Origin: Chloroherpetonaceae bacterium
GTDB lineage: Bacteria; Bacteroidota; Chlorobiia; Chlorobiales; Thermochlorobacteraceae
Assembly (NCBI GenBank): GCA_033763895.1
Contig: JANRJQ010000003.1
Coordinates: forward strand, 29,791-93,790
Reading direction: 5' to 3'
Length of the DNA stretch: 64,000 nt
This document shows positions 37,343 to 47,732 of this stretch, piece by piece; position 1 is the first letter of the stretch; each line of letters opens with the position of its first letter. Both the position numbers and the translations under genes were made by a program. The notes under the pieces are model-generated. The model was not told where the DNA came from and did no database searches. It saw only the letters and a program-made list of their open reading frames with translations.

Positions 37343-38197
37343 CTAAATTGTTTTTTCCGCTATTGGATATTCGACCGTGATTTCTTCCCCAGTGATTGCA
37401 TCAAAGTAAATGGTTGCGAGGGGCTTCGATAATCCAAGTTCGATGTTGAATTGATAAGCGAGGTGAACGATACACCTTTTCAATTTTCGATCAATCACCG
37501 CCCCAGAGTTATCATAAACATCTTCCAAAAACTTTTCCTCAAAAACACAAGTCTTTGCAAAGCGAATTACATCGGGTGACTCAACAAGATATTTGATTTT
37601 ACGACCTTCGAGAGAGACTCGAAAGGATCGTCCAATTAATCGTTTATATATTTTTTCCTTTTCAAAACTGCCAGAATCAGGTAAGGTATTTACTTTTCTT
37701 GTGAGAGTAGTGACTAAAACCGAGATCTCGCCCTTTTTCGAAATCACGAATTCAATCATGCTGCGGGTTGAGCCGCTAGTGTGATGTTTTCCGTAGGTAG
37801 CCCGTTGAAAGATGATATTGTAGAAGGTGCCGTAGTCGGTAAGCGAATAAAGTATAAGTTCGGAGGGCGTTGAATGAAAAATTTCATTGTTGTCTAAAAG
37901 AAATTTTTTCAAAGATTCAAGGAAAACCGTTTGCGTATCAACCGGCAGAGGCTTTTGAGGAAAATTCAAGGATATTTTGATTGGTTTTTCTGCGTAAGTC
38001 AACTGAGTTATTGCGCACGCTATGGGGTCGAGCCGTTCGTTTTGATACTTGAAGTGGTATTTCGATTTAAACCTTGAAAAGTTTTCTAAAAAACTTGAAT
38101 AGTCTTTCTTGTCAAAGTTGATGACGGGAGGATATCCTACTGTTTGAGCGGAAATTGAGGAAATAAAAAAGAGCGCAAACAGAGGATAAAGCCTCAT
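37343..38197 (-). CDS. Secreted hypothetical protein with FTP/PepSY propeptide-like features
   Basis: Signal peptide from ATG 38197; C-terminal LAYQFNI...IYFDAITGEEI PepSY-like motif; no HEXXH seen. Confidence 0.55.
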   Translation of the reverse strand: MRLYPLFALFFISSISAQTVGYPPVINFDKKDYSSFLENFSRFKSKYHFKYQNERLDPIACAITQLTYAEKPIKISLNFPQKPLPVDTQTVFLESLKKFLLDNNEIFHSTPSELILYSLTDYGTFYNIIFQRATYGKHHTSGSTRSMIEFVISKKGEISVLVTTLTRKVNTLPDSGSFEKEKIYKRLIGRSFRVSLEGRKIKYLVESPDVIRFAKTCVFEEKFLEDVYDNSGAVIDRKLKRCIVHLAYQFNIELGLSKPLATIYFDAITGEEITVEYPIAEKTI

Positions 38198-38238
38198 AGT
38201 CTTATAAAAGTTAGGGGTGCATGTTTTGCGCATAAATT

Positions 38239-38952
38239 TTAAATAAGGATTGGCTCGAGACTTTGTAATAAAGATTGAAAAAATTTCTTTCCACCGGTAG
38301 AGCCTAAGCGAGGTTCTGCAGCTCTTTCGGGGTGAGGCATTAAGCCAACGACATTTCTCTGTTTATTTGTGATACCCGCGATATTAAGCAAGGATCCATT
38401 AGGGTTGGCGTGATCTCCAACAATTCCATTTAGATCGCAATATTGAAAAAGGATGCGATCTTCATCTTGAAGTGATTTAAGAGTGTCTTCGGAAGCAAAA
38501 AAATTGCCTTCGCCGTGTGCAATAGGGATTTTGATAATTTCATCTTTTTGATATTGAGCGGTCACAAAACAATTTTGAGTAACAACTTTTAGATGAACGA
38601 AACGGCAAACAAATCGCCGAGACGCATTGCGCATCAATGCTCCATCTAAAAGACCCGCTTCAGTGAGAATTTGAAACCCATTGCAAATCCCAATGACCGG
38701 GCGGCCTTCGTTTGAAAATCGAAAAACCTCTTCCATTACCGGTGAAAACTTTGCTATCGCACCGGTTCGTAAGTAATCGCCATAAGAAAACCCTCCCGGG
38801 AGAATGATTGCATCACAATTTTGGAGATTCCGCTCTTTATGCCAAAGCATAACGGCCTCGGTATTTTGAAATGAATTAATAACTGAAACTGCGTCATGAT
38901 CGCAGTTTGATCCGGGGAAAACGATAACACCAATTTTATTTCTTTTCTGCAT
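38239..38952 (-). CDS. purQ: Phosphoribosylformylglycinamidine synthase subunit PurQ
   Basis: FPGSNCD, PGGFSYGDYLR, GICNGFQIL, AHGEG, MPHPER motifs. Confidence 0.98.
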   Translation of the reverse strand: MQKRNKIGVIVFPGSNCDHDAVSVINSFQNTEAVMLWHKERNLQNCDAIILPGGFSYGDYLRTGAIAKFSPVMEEVFRFSNEGRPVIGICNGFQILTEAGLLDGALMRNASRRFVCRFVHLKVVTQNCFVTAQYQKDEIIKIPIAHGEGNFFASEDTLKSLQDEDRILFQYCDLNGIVGDHANPNGSLLNIAGITNKQRNVVGLMPHPERAAEPRLGSTGGKKFFQSLLQSLEPILI

Positions 38953-38969
38953 GTTTGGTTAAGGTTTAT

Positions 38970-40874
38970 CTAAAATAGGTCATTCCATTTTGTTTTCATC
39001 CACGATTCAAAAATATCCTTTTGCTCTGCAGTGGCATCTTCATTTTTTTGAACCAAATATCGCTTCGATGCTGAAAGAGTGACAGGGATCTGAAGGAGTT
39101 TTTTATTTCGAATCACAGAGAAATTGATGGTGGTATCTTTTGCTGAAAATGAAAACCTTTCAAGAGCCATCGTTAAGGATTCTTTGAGTAAGGATTCGTT
39201 ACCAACGGCAATAATTAAATCATTTTGATCAAGCCCCGCTTTGAAAGCCGGAGATTCAGGAATGATTGAAGTGATGAGTTGAAAATCGGATGAAGCTACA
39301 ACACTGACACCGATGTAGGGTGAATTAGAATCATCTTCCAATAAATCTAATCCTGCAAATGAGAGTGATTCTTTGAAAGGTAATTCTTCTGTTCCATAAA
39401 CATATTTTTCAAAAAACTCGGATAGCTTTGATCCGGCCACTCGTTCACATGTTGTTTCAAAGTCCTTTGCAGAAAAGCCTTTGGCGGCTTTTCCAAAACG
39501 AGAATTCATTTCTCGCATGACATCATCAAGCGATTTTTTGTTTTTCGTTTTATTTCGAATTTCGAGATCAAGAATAAGTCCGATAAGTTCGCCTTTGCTG
39601 TAAAAATTAACGGTACTGTTCGCTCGGCCTGCGCCGTAACCTGAGAGCCAAGCATCAAAAGAAGCAAGTGCAACGGATTGTACTTTTCTGCCGTAAGTAT
39701 TTTGCATCGCCGTGATATCGTTGCCTAAGTTGCGAATGTAATCGCGCGCAGTCCAAACACCACTTCGAACCAAAGTCAAATCGCCGTAATAACTTGTGAA
39801 TCCTTCACTGACATAGAGCATTGGCGTATATCCTTCAGTGGTATAATCGTAGGGAAAATATTCCTTGGGAATAATTCGCTTGATATTCCAAACATGAAAA
39901 AATTCGTGCGAGCTCACTGAAAGGAAAGAGGAATATCGAGAATCCATTTCATACGAAGCCCCCACGACAATGGATGTAGAGTTTTTATGTTCCACGCCGT
40001 GAGAATATCGAATTGGCAGTACATGATAAATGAAAATATATTCCTTAAAAGGAACATCATTCATTAAGGTAAACTGTTCTTCTACGAACTTTGAAACATC
40101 GCGAACAATATTTTTTTCGTTAAAGCGTCCAAGGCCAATACCTTCTGCATTTTGAAAGCACATTCTAATCAAAGCGCCTTTGACGGTTGCTTGAAATTCA
40201 ACCATTGTTGGGCTTGCAAGTGTTGGCGAGTCGATTAAGTCGTCATAGGTTTCAGCGGTAAAAAGGCGAGGGTCTGAGGTTTTGGTGAGCTGTGTTGCAA
40301 TTTTCCACCCGTTTGGATAGTCCACAAAAAGAGAGACCGGTTTGAAGCGAGATTCTTTCGTGAACATGAAGAGATTTGAGCCATTAAAGTACATTTCTTC
40401 GCGGCCGACATAAGAATTTCCGGCATCAATGGCAGCGCCTGCAAAATATTTATAGCGAACGACGATTTCCTTGGCGCCATTGGCATTTACTCTCCAAGTT
40501 TGTTTATCTATTTTTTTGAATTCAAGTGACTTACCGGCGGAGGTTGCTAGAAACTCTTGAACATTTGCGGCATAGTTTTGGATTTGATAACGGCCGGGTC
40601 TCCAAGCCGGTAAGATGAAATCGATTTCGTCTTGCTTTTTTGAATTTTGAAGCGTTATCGTGATTTGATAGGTATGCAAATTTGGCGCTAAGGAAGCGAT
40701 GTGATAGGCGGCTTCAGTTTTAGTTGGCTGTTCCTGACGGGCGTTAGTAGGCTTTTTTGGCATTGAAGCAAAACATTCTTGATGAAATGAAATGATGACA
40801 AGAAATAAAACAGGCACAAAATTAAAAGTCGATAATCTTGTTACTTGATGGGAACAAAAACGAAGTTGTTTCAT
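38970..40874 (-). CDS. M61 family glycyl aminopeptidase with PDZ domain
   Basis: PAWRPGRY, GVEH, SHEFFHVWNIKRI, EGFTSYY, YSKG, PDZ SPAFKAGL; start uncertain. Confidence 0.93.
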   Translation of the reverse strand: MKQLRFCSHQVTRLSTFNFVPVLFLVIISFHQECFASMPKKPTNARQEQPTKTEAAYHIASLAPNLHTYQITITLQNSKKQDEIDFILPAWRPGRYQIQNYAANVQEFLATSAGKSLEFKKIDKQTWRVNANGAKEIVVRYKYFAGAAIDAGNSYVGREEMYFNGSNLFMFTKESRFKPVSLFVDYPNGWKIATQLTKTSDPRLFTAETYDDLIDSPTLASPTMVEFQATVKGALIRMCFQNAEGIGLGRFNEKNIVRDVSKFVEEQFTLMNDVPFKEYIFIYHVLPIRYSHGVEHKNSTSIVVGASYEMDSRYSSFLSVSSHEFFHVWNIKRIIPKEYFPYDYTTEGYTPMLYVSEGFTSYYGDLTLVRSGVWTARDYIRNLGNDITAMQNTYGRKVQSVALASFDAWLSGYGAGRANSTVNFYSKGELIGLILDLEIRNKTKNKKSLDDVMREMNSRFGKAAKGFSAKDFETTCERVAGSKLSEFFEKYVYGTEELPFKESLSFAGLDLLEDDSNSPYIGVSVVASSDFQLITSIIPESPAFKAGLDQNDLIIAVGNESLLKESLTMALERFSFSAKDTTINFSVIRNKKLLQIPVTLSASKRYLVQKNEDATAEQKDIFESWMKTKWNDLF

Positions 40875-40886
40875 TGATAGGACGAT

Positions 40887-42293
40887 TTAAGTTGAAATGA
40901 TCTCGTTGCGAAATGAATCGGCTAAAGTATCGGCAATGCTTTTGGTTTTTGCTTCTGCATAAATTCGTATGATTGGCTCAGTATTGGACTTTCGTAGATG
41001 AACCCACTTATCTGGGAAATCAATTTTTACGCCATCTTCAGTGGATACAGTGTTTTCTGAAACCGTTTGATACTTGTTGGCGATTCGATCTAAAACTGAA
41101 TCAATTTGAATTTCTTGATTTAATTTTACTTTTTGTTTCGCCATTTCATAATGTGGAAGCGACTTCTTAAAATCAGAAACCCTCGCAGTAGGGTATTGAC
41201 TTAAGAATTCATCAAAGGAAGCAAGGAAGAGTACAATTCCAACTAAAGCATCTCTTCCATAATGGCAATCCGGAAGAATTACCCCGCCATTCCCTTCTCC
41301 CCCAATAACGGCATTTACCGCTTTCATTTTTTCGATGACATGTGCTTCGCCGACTTTAGAAGCGAAATATGGCACTTCATGTTTAAGAGCAATGTCTTTC
41401 AGTGCGCGGCTGCTTGAAAGGTTACTGACGACTGGCCCACGATGATGTTTAAGCCAAAAATTAGCCGCGGCGACCAAAGAATACTCTTCACCAAACAAAC
41501 TTCCATCTTCAGAGATAAAGCAAACGCGATCAACATCGGGGTCAACGACGATTCCAAAATCGCATTGATGATAGGCTGTAAGCCCTTGTGTTTCTATAAG
41601 ATTTTCTTCGATTGGTTCTGGATTTCTGGGAAAAATTCCCGTGGGCTTGCAACTAATTTCAACAAGATTATCGAAACCTAAAGCGCGACAAAGGGATGGA
41701 ATTATTTTAGATCCCGCGCCATTAACAGCGTCAATTAAGATTTTAAAGTTTCGCTTCGCAAGTTTTGTGGTATCAACGGAAGGAATTGAAAGAACTTTAC
41801 GAATGTGGAAGTCATTGATTTCATCTCGCGGAACGGTCATTCCAAATTGATTCCATTGGGCAAGATGAAATTTTTTAGAATGATAAATTGATAAAAGGCG
41901 GTTGCTTTCATCCGCTGTTAAGAATTCGCCTAATTCATTGAGTAACTTTAAGGCGTTCCATTCCAAGGGATTATGAGATGCTGAAAGAATAATTCCTCCC
42001 GCTGCTTTTTCATCAAGCACAGCAAGTTCAACGCTTGGGGTTGTGGCAACACCGAGATTAATCACATTACAACCGGATTGAACCAAGGTACTTTGAACAA
42101 ACTCCATTAAAGTTATTCCACTTGGGCGGGTGTCCCTCCCTAACACAACCAACGGAGACTTTGAATCTGAATTTTCTGAGCGCTTATGTCTTAAAAGTGT
42201 TGCGTAAGCTTGAGTAAAATCTGAAATAACATTTGGTGTTAAGCTTTCTCCGATGATTCCTCGAATGCCGGAGATACTGACCATTAAACTCAT
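40887..42293 (-). CDS. glmM: Phosphoglucosamine mutase / phosphomannomutase
   Basis: SISGIRG, SASHNP active site, DPDVDR metal loop, GGEGNGG, RKSNTEPIIRIYAE. Confidence 0.85.
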   Translation of the reverse strand: MSLMVSISGIRGIIGESLTPNVISDFTQAYATLLRHKRSENSDSKSPLVVLGRDTRPSGITLMEFVQSTLVQSGCNVINLGVATTPSVELAVLDEKAAGGIILSASHNPLEWNALKLLNELGEFLTADESNRLLSIYHSKKFHLAQWNQFGMTVPRDEINDFHIRKVLSIPSVDTTKLAKRNFKILIDAVNGAGSKIIPSLCRALGFDNLVEISCKPTGIFPRNPEPIEENLIETQGLTAYHQCDFGIVVDPDVDRVCFISEDGSLFGEEYSLVAAANFWLKHHRGPVVSNLSSSRALKDIALKHEVPYFASKVGEAHVIEKMKAVNAVIGGEGNGGVILPDCHYGRDALVGIVLFLASFDEFLSQYPTARVSDFKKSLPHYEMAKQKVKLNQEIQIDSVLDRIANKYQTVSENTVSTEDGVKIDFPDKWVHLRKSNTEPIIRIYAEAKTKSIADTLADSFRNEIIST

Positions 42294-42301
42294 TATGGTT
42301 G

Positions 42302-42625
42302 TTAAGATTGAAGTGTTATTGTTTGTCCAAGTCTTGAAGAAAGGAGTTCATTAAGAAAAAGGAGTAAATCTTTTTTTTCTTTTTCAGATATCCACCGCTG
42401 CTCGCCTTGTTTTTCTACCAAGTTAAATCGCCAGCCATTAAGGGGTTCTGCAAGCCAGATTTGCTCGGTGGCACTTTGGCGACTAAGAATGAACTTTGAA
42501 CCATCCGGTGTTTCGATCGTCAGTTTTCCATCTCCTGAATCGATTTCAAGCTCTTCATATTTTTCAAGTTGCTTTTCAATTGAGGCAAATTGTTTGTCAA
42601 TCAAAATTAAAACGGATTCTGGCAT
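42302..42625 (-). CDS. cyaY: Frataxin-like iron donor protein CyaY
   Basis: Acidic N-terminal helix, DGKLTI, RQ...QIWLAEP..GWRF, W near the C-terminus. Confidence 0.8.
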   Translation of the reverse strand: MPESVLILIDKQFASIEKQLEKYEELEIDSGDGKLTIETPDGSKFILSRQSATEQIWLAEPLNGWRFNLVEKQGEQRWISEKEKKDLLLFLNELLSSRLGQTITLQS

Positions 42626-42754
42626 TTGTATGATTTAGAAACATAGGTGTGGTGTCTTCAATTTAAGGAACCACACGTTTAAGCTTAATAATTAAGATTG
42701 TAAAAATAGAGATTAACAAGGTATTTTTCGGGCTAACTTTTGAAATTTACTTTA

Positions 42755-43930
42755 ATGCCACTACCGAATTTTAACAACACTGAAATCGCTTTTAAAAATA
42801 AAAGCGATCGCGATCTTCAATTTATTTCGCTACTCTTTCGGTTTATGAATAACCAACGCATTACCGATTTAGGAACTGCGATTACCGATTGGCTCATTCG
42901 AAAAAATCTCCCTTTTTCAGAATCCTTAATCAAATCAACTCTTTTTAGGCATTTCTGCGGCGGCGAAACACTCGAAGAATCAAAACAATGTATTGAAGAG
43001 CTAGCAGCTTTCGGAATCGATACCATTCTGGATTACAGCGTAGAGGGTGAAAATGATGAAGCGGCTTTTGAAGCAGCATGTCAGAAAATTGAAGAAACCA
43101 TTGCGCTTTCAATTGAATCCGAAAATATTCCTTTTGCTGTTTTTAAAACGACTGGGATTGCGCGCTTTGAACTTCTTGAAAAAATCAGTGCGAATCAAAC
43201 ACTTTCGGAAGATGAGGTGAAAGCGTTAAATCGGGTAAAACAACGATTTACAAAACTCTGTCAAAAAGCCTTTGATTGCCGAGTGCCTGTGATGATCGAT
43301 GCAGAAGAGAGTTGGATTCAAAAGGCAATTGACGACTTGGTGTATGAGGCGATGCAAAAATTTAACCGAGATAAAGCGGTTATTTATAATACCATTCAGC
43401 TTTACCGAAAGGATCGTTTGAGTTATTTGCAGCAACTTTTTGAAAAAACTAAAAATGACGGTCTATTTTTAGGCGTGAAACTTGTTCGTGGGGCTTATAT
43501 GGAAAGGGAGCGTGAAAGAGCCGCTCAATTCGGGTATCCTTCGCCAATTCATGACACGAAAGAAGAAACGGATCTTGCGTTTGATGAAGCTTTGAGATTT
43601 GTAATGAATAATACCGATCGAATAAAAATCTGTTGCGGAACACATAACGAAAAAAGTAATCTACTTTTATCAGAACTCATTGAAAAGAGCAAGACGATTG
43701 AATTGAAGGATGAAATCTATTTTTCACAACTATATGGAATGGGAGATCATATCAGTTATAACTTGGCTAAAAGTGGATTTAAGGTTGCGAAGTACGTTCC
43801 TTATGGTCCGGTAAAATCAGTTCTACCTTATTTATTCCGGAGAGCAAAGGAAAATACGGCGATGGCAGGGCATGTCAGTCGGGAGCTGCACTTGATTCTT
43901 TCAGAAGAAAAGAGAAGAAAGGAAATTTAA
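42755..43930 (+). CDS. Monofunctional proline dehydrogenase
   Basis: HFCGGE, IDAEES, KLVRGAYME, GTHN, QLYGM, KYVPYGPV..YLFRRAKEN; ATG at 42755. Confidence 0.93.
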   Translation: MPLPNFNNTEIAFKNKSDRDLQFISLLFRFMNNQRITDLGTAITDWLIRKNLPFSESLIKSTLFRHFCGGETLEESKQCIEELAAFGIDTILDYSVEGENDEAAFEAACQKIEETIALSIESENIPFAVFKTTGIARFELLEKISANQTLSEDEVKALNRVKQRFTKLCQKAFDCRVPVMIDAEESWIQKAIDDLVYEAMQKFNRDKAVIYNTIQLYRKDRLSYLQQLFEKTKNDGLFLGVKLVRGAYMERERERAAQFGYPSPIHDTKEETDLAFDEALRFVMNNTDRIKICCGTHNEKSNLLLSELIEKSKTIELKDEIYFSQLYGMGDHISYNLAKSGFKVAKYVPYGPVKSVLPYLFRRAKENTAMAGHVSRELHLILSEEKRRKEI

Positions 43931-45673
43931 ATGAATCGTATTTCAACTAGTGTGTGGGTTGGTTTGATTTTCTCCATTTTCATTCTCTATACAATCTCAA
44001 TTTCGTTTGTTCCCGGATATTCCTCAAATGCTGCTCCTATTTCGCGAACATCAATGATGTCACAACCGACCTATTCAAAAAATGGAATGGTTGTTTCTTC
44101 ACACCCAATCGCCTCGAAAGTAGGGGTTGAAATTTTGCAGAAAGGTGGAAATGCGATTGATGCAGCGGTTGCGACTGAGTTTGCGCTTGCAGTGGTATTT
44201 CCAAGCGCTGGGAACATTGGCGGAGGCGGGTTTTTATTGGTGAGGCAGAAGAATGGGGAAGTCGCGGCGTTGGATTATCGTGAAAAGGCTCCTATTCGTG
44301 CAACCCGTGATATGTTTCTAGATAGTTTAGGAAATGTAAATATTGAAAATGCAAGATTTGGGGCGCTTTCGGTTGGTGTGCCCGGAACAGTTGCCGGTAT
44401 GGTCGAATTGAACCGAAGATACGGAAAACTTCCTTTCGCGAAACTCTTACAACCGGCAATTGAACTTGCTGAAAAGGGATTTGTGCTTTCTTATGAAGAT
44501 GCTGATCTCCTGAATCGGCATTTAGTTCGATTTTCAAAGTATGCCTCGACACGAGAGTACTTTGTTCGATCGAAGCCGTGGGAAATGGGCGATCTTCTTG
44601 TCCAAAAAGATTTAGCACAAACGCTGAAATTGATTGCAAAAAAAGGGAGAGATGGATTTTATAAGGGACGTGTTGCTGATTTGATCGTGGAAGAAATGAA
44701 ACGAAGTAATGGCATCATTTCTCATCTCGATTTAGAACAGTATCAGCCACAGTGGCGAATTCCCCTAAAATCAAATTATCGTGGATTTACTGTGTATGCA
44801 ATGCCCCCGCCAAGTTCCGGAGGTGTTATCTTACTTTCTCTCTTAAAAATGATTGAGCCATACCCGATCAAAGAATATGGATACAATAGTTCAAAGTCGA
44901 TTCATCTTTTTTCCGAGGCAATGAAACGCGTTTATGCAGATCGTGCAGAATATTTAGGAGATCCTGACTTTGTTCAAGTTCCGATTGATGCACTGCTTAA
45001 CCCAAAGTATTTGTTGAAGAGGATGTCAACATATGATTCTACAAAAGCGTCACCTTCCGAAAATATCAAATATGGAAAGATTGAAAGCGAACCCACAGAA
45101 ACAACGCATTATTCAGTAATTGATTCTGAGGGAAATGCAGTTTCTGCGACTACAACTCTCAATGGATCTTTTGGCTCAAATTTAGTAGTCGGAGGGGCAG
45201 GCTTCTTCTTAAATAATGAAATGGATGATTTTAGTGCTAAAGCTGGTGCGCCAAATCTATATCAAGTGGTTGGATCGTCTGCCAATGCGATCGCTCCCGA
45301 AAAGAGAATGCTGAGTTCTATGACACCGACGATTATCACCCAAGGTGATTCCCTTTTCTTAATTGTTGGAACAAGAGGTGGATCAAGAATTCCAACACAG
45401 GTATTTCAATCGATAATCAATGTCATTGATTTTGAAATGAACATTCAAGATGCGGTTTCTTTTCCGCGATTTCATCATCAATGGCAACCAGATTTGATCT
45501 TTTATGAACCCAACGGTCTCTCGAATGATGTTATTGATCAATTAATAAAGATGGGCTGGAAGTTACAGTCATCCTCGCCTTGGGGAAGTATAAATGCGAT
45601 TCAGCTGACAAAAGAAGGTTTGAAAGCCGGTGGTGCAGATTCACGTTTTCAAAACAAAGCCTTTGGCTACTAA
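43931..45673 (+). CDS. ggt: Gamma-glutamyltransferase
   Basis: GGNAIDAAVA, DYREKAP, ETTHYS (nucleophile Thr), LNNEMDDF, LSSMTPT. Confidence 0.97.
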   Translation: MNRISTSVWVGLIFSIFILYTISISFVPGYSSNAAPISRTSMMSQPTYSKNGMVVSSHPIASKVGVEILQKGGNAIDAAVATEFALAVVFPSAGNIGGGGFLLVRQKNGEVAALDYREKAPIRATRDMFLDSLGNVNIENARFGALSVGVPGTVAGMVELNRRYGKLPFAKLLQPAIELAEKGFVLSYEDADLLNRHLVRFSKYASTREYFVRSKPWEMGDLLVQKDLAQTLKLIAKKGRDGFYKGRVADLIVEEMKRSNGIISHLDLEQYQPQWRIPLKSNYRGFTVYAMPPPSSGGVILLSLLKMIEPYPIKEYGYNSSKSIHLFSEAMKRVYADRAEYLGDPDFVQVPIDALLNPKYLLKRMSTYDSTKASPSENIKYGKIESEPTETTHYSVIDSEGNAVSATTTLNGSFGSNLVVGGAGFFLNNEMDDFSAKAGAPNLYQVVGSSANAIAPEKRMLSSMTPTIITQGDSLFLIVGTRGGSRIPTQVFQSIINVIDFEMNIQDAVSFPRFHHQWQPDLIFYEPNGLSNDVIDQLIKMGWKLQSSSPWGSINAIQLTKEGLKAGGADSRFQNKAFGY

Positions 45674-45753
45674 ATCAACGTTCGAAAAAAAAGAATTTGT
45701 GCAAGAGATTGATATCTATTGATCAATCATCGATTCCAAGTTATTCTTTAGCT

Positions 45754-47631
45754 TTAAACAATCTCGGGGAAATAAATGGAGACTGTAGTACCTTTTCCTT
45801 CTTCGGAATCAACCTCAATACCCCCTTTATGATTTTTAACAATCCCATATACAACAGACAAGCCCAGTCCTGAACCTTTACCAATTGGCTTTGTTGTAAA
45901 AAAAGGATCAAAAACTTTAGATTTTAATTCTTTTGGAATACCTGTTCCGTTATCGGCGACTTTCAGAAAAACAACATATTCTTTGTTTCCATATTCAAGT
46001 GGATTACTGATTTCAGAAGTTTTTTTGATACCCGCTGAAATTTCGATAAAGCCCAAATGGCCGGAGTCTAACATTGGTTCCAGTATTTCCTTTGAATTAT
46101 TTGTGAGGTTAAAGAGAATTTGTTCGATTTGATTTGAATCTGCAATGATTTCGGGAAGTGAGGGTTCAATCACTTTTTTGATGGTAATCCTTCGATCAAT
46201 TGAATTTTGAAGGAGATGAATTGTTTTCTCAATGAGTTTTTCAAGTGATAACGGTTTTCTTACCAAATCTTGCTTCTGAGAAAAATTGAGTAACTGTTCT
46301 GTAAGGGCAGAAGCCTTTTTGGCAGCAGTTTGAATTCGGGTAACTTTTTTTAATAAAGTTGGGTTTTCACTTACATCCTGTTGAAGCAATTCGGCTGTTC
46401 CTCCAATTGCCATCAAAAGATTGTTGAAATCATGTGCAATTCCGCCGGTGAGCGTGCCAATAGACTCCATTTTTTGGGCATGAGCCAATTGCGATTCTAA
46501 ATTTTTTTGATTTGAAATATCGGTTTCAACCCAGATTCGACCAATATTTTGTCCTGCTTGATTTCTGAGCAAACTACCAACGGCATAAAGATTGATCAAA
46601 CGTCCTGAGCGATCTTTGGAGATGAATTCGCCTTCCCAATAGCCGGTTTCTTCAATGCTTGAAATAATTTCTTTGCTCTCAGAAGATGAAAATTGGGGAG
46701 CAATTCCAAGTTCTTGTGATGTTTTCCCAATGGCTTCTATTGCACTCCAACCATAAAGTTTCTCAGCATAAGAGTTCCAATAAATGATTGTCCCGTTTGA
46801 ATTCAAGACAATAATGGCATTTCGAACCTGCTTCAGTATTGAATCTTGCAGCCTTAATTTTGATTCCGACTTAATTTTCTCGCTGATATCAATCAAGCTA
46901 AAGAATATCGCATGAGGTTTTGACTGTTCATCATAAATGGGGATGTAATTGATACCGAACCACCGCTGCTGTCCGGAACTTAATTCAATCATTCGATCAA
47001 CTTTGAATTGCTTCCCACCAAGGCATTTTTGCAAATTATGTTTGATTCCAAGGTATAAATCGGGTGGTACCAAGTCTTTTACTTTTGCACCTACGGAGAG
47101 TTCTTTGTGATAGATAAATTTCAGGGTATCGAAAGCCATTCGATTAAAGAAAAGTATTGATTCATCTTGATCAATCATAACAATGGCTTGTGTGCTTGCA
47201 TCTAATAAAGCGCGAGCGTTGGTTTCCGAAAAGCGAAGTTCATCAACGGTCTTTTTAAGATGTGAGATGTCTTCAACCATCCCCAAAACAAAAGCTTTAT
47301 CTGCTTCAAAAATTCTTGTAGCGGTAACTTTTACCCAGATGTGACTTTCATCGGCACGGATATATCTTTTTTCAAAAATATAGTGCGAATCCTCTTTACT
47401 GATTTTGATTTTCGCCAGCTCTAATTCTCTAAGGTTATCTTCGGGGTGACTTATAGAGTCGATGGTTTTATGTCGCAATTCTTCAAGCGAATATCCAAGC
47501 ATTTCACAAAATCGCTCATTTGCATATTCGATGATTGATCCTTTACTTACGAGAACATATCCAAGTGGAACACGTTCAAAGATTTGCTTGAAAAGCGGAT
47601 AATTGAAAAACAAAGGATGTTCAAAATTCAC
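45754..47631 (-). CDS. Cytoplasmic multi-PAS sensor histidine kinase
   Basis: Three PAS-like repeats, GGIAHDFNNLL H-box, DNGTG, FDPFFTTK, GSGLGL; no receiver domain. Confidence 0.92.
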   Translation of the reverse strand: MNFEHPLFFNYPLFKQIFERVPLGYVLVSKGSIIEYANERFCEMLGYSLEELRHKTIDSISHPEDNLRELELAKIKISKEDSHYIFEKRYIRADESHIWVKVTATRIFEADKAFVLGMVEDISHLKKTVDELRFSETNARALLDASTQAIVMIDQDESILFFNRMAFDTLKFIYHKELSVGAKVKDLVPPDLYLGIKHNLQKCLGGKQFKVDRMIELSSGQQRWFGINYIPIYDEQSKPHAIFFSLIDISEKIKSESKLRLQDSILKQVRNAIIVLNSNGTIIYWNSYAEKLYGWSAIEAIGKTSQELGIAPQFSSSESKEIISSIEETGYWEGEFISKDRSGRLINLYAVGSLLRNQAGQNIGRIWVETDISNQKNLESQLAHAQKMESIGTLTGGIAHDFNNLLMAIGGTAELLQQDVSENPTLLKKVTRIQTAAKKASALTEQLLNFSQKQDLVRKPLSLEKLIEKTIHLLQNSIDRRITIKKVIEPSLPEIIADSNQIEQILFNLTNNSKEILEPMLDSGHLGFIEISAGIKKTSEISNPLEYGNKEYVVFLKVADNGTGIPKELKSKVFDPFFTTKPIGKGSGLGLSVVYGIVKNHKGGIEVDSEEGKGTTVSIYFPEIV

Positions 47632-47682
47632 GAGAATTGTTGTTTAAGGTTGGGATAAATTTAATGAATAAATCAGGCATGA

Positions 47683-47716
47683 AATATAAAAAGCGGCTTT
47701 AGCCGCTTTTTATATT
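47683..47716 (-). terminator. Intrinsic terminator downstream of ptrB
   Basis: aatataaaaagcggc-ttta-gccgctttttatatt, 15-bp inverted repeat with T tracts. Confidence 0.85.
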
Positions 47717-47732
47717 ATTGTTAAATCAAGGG

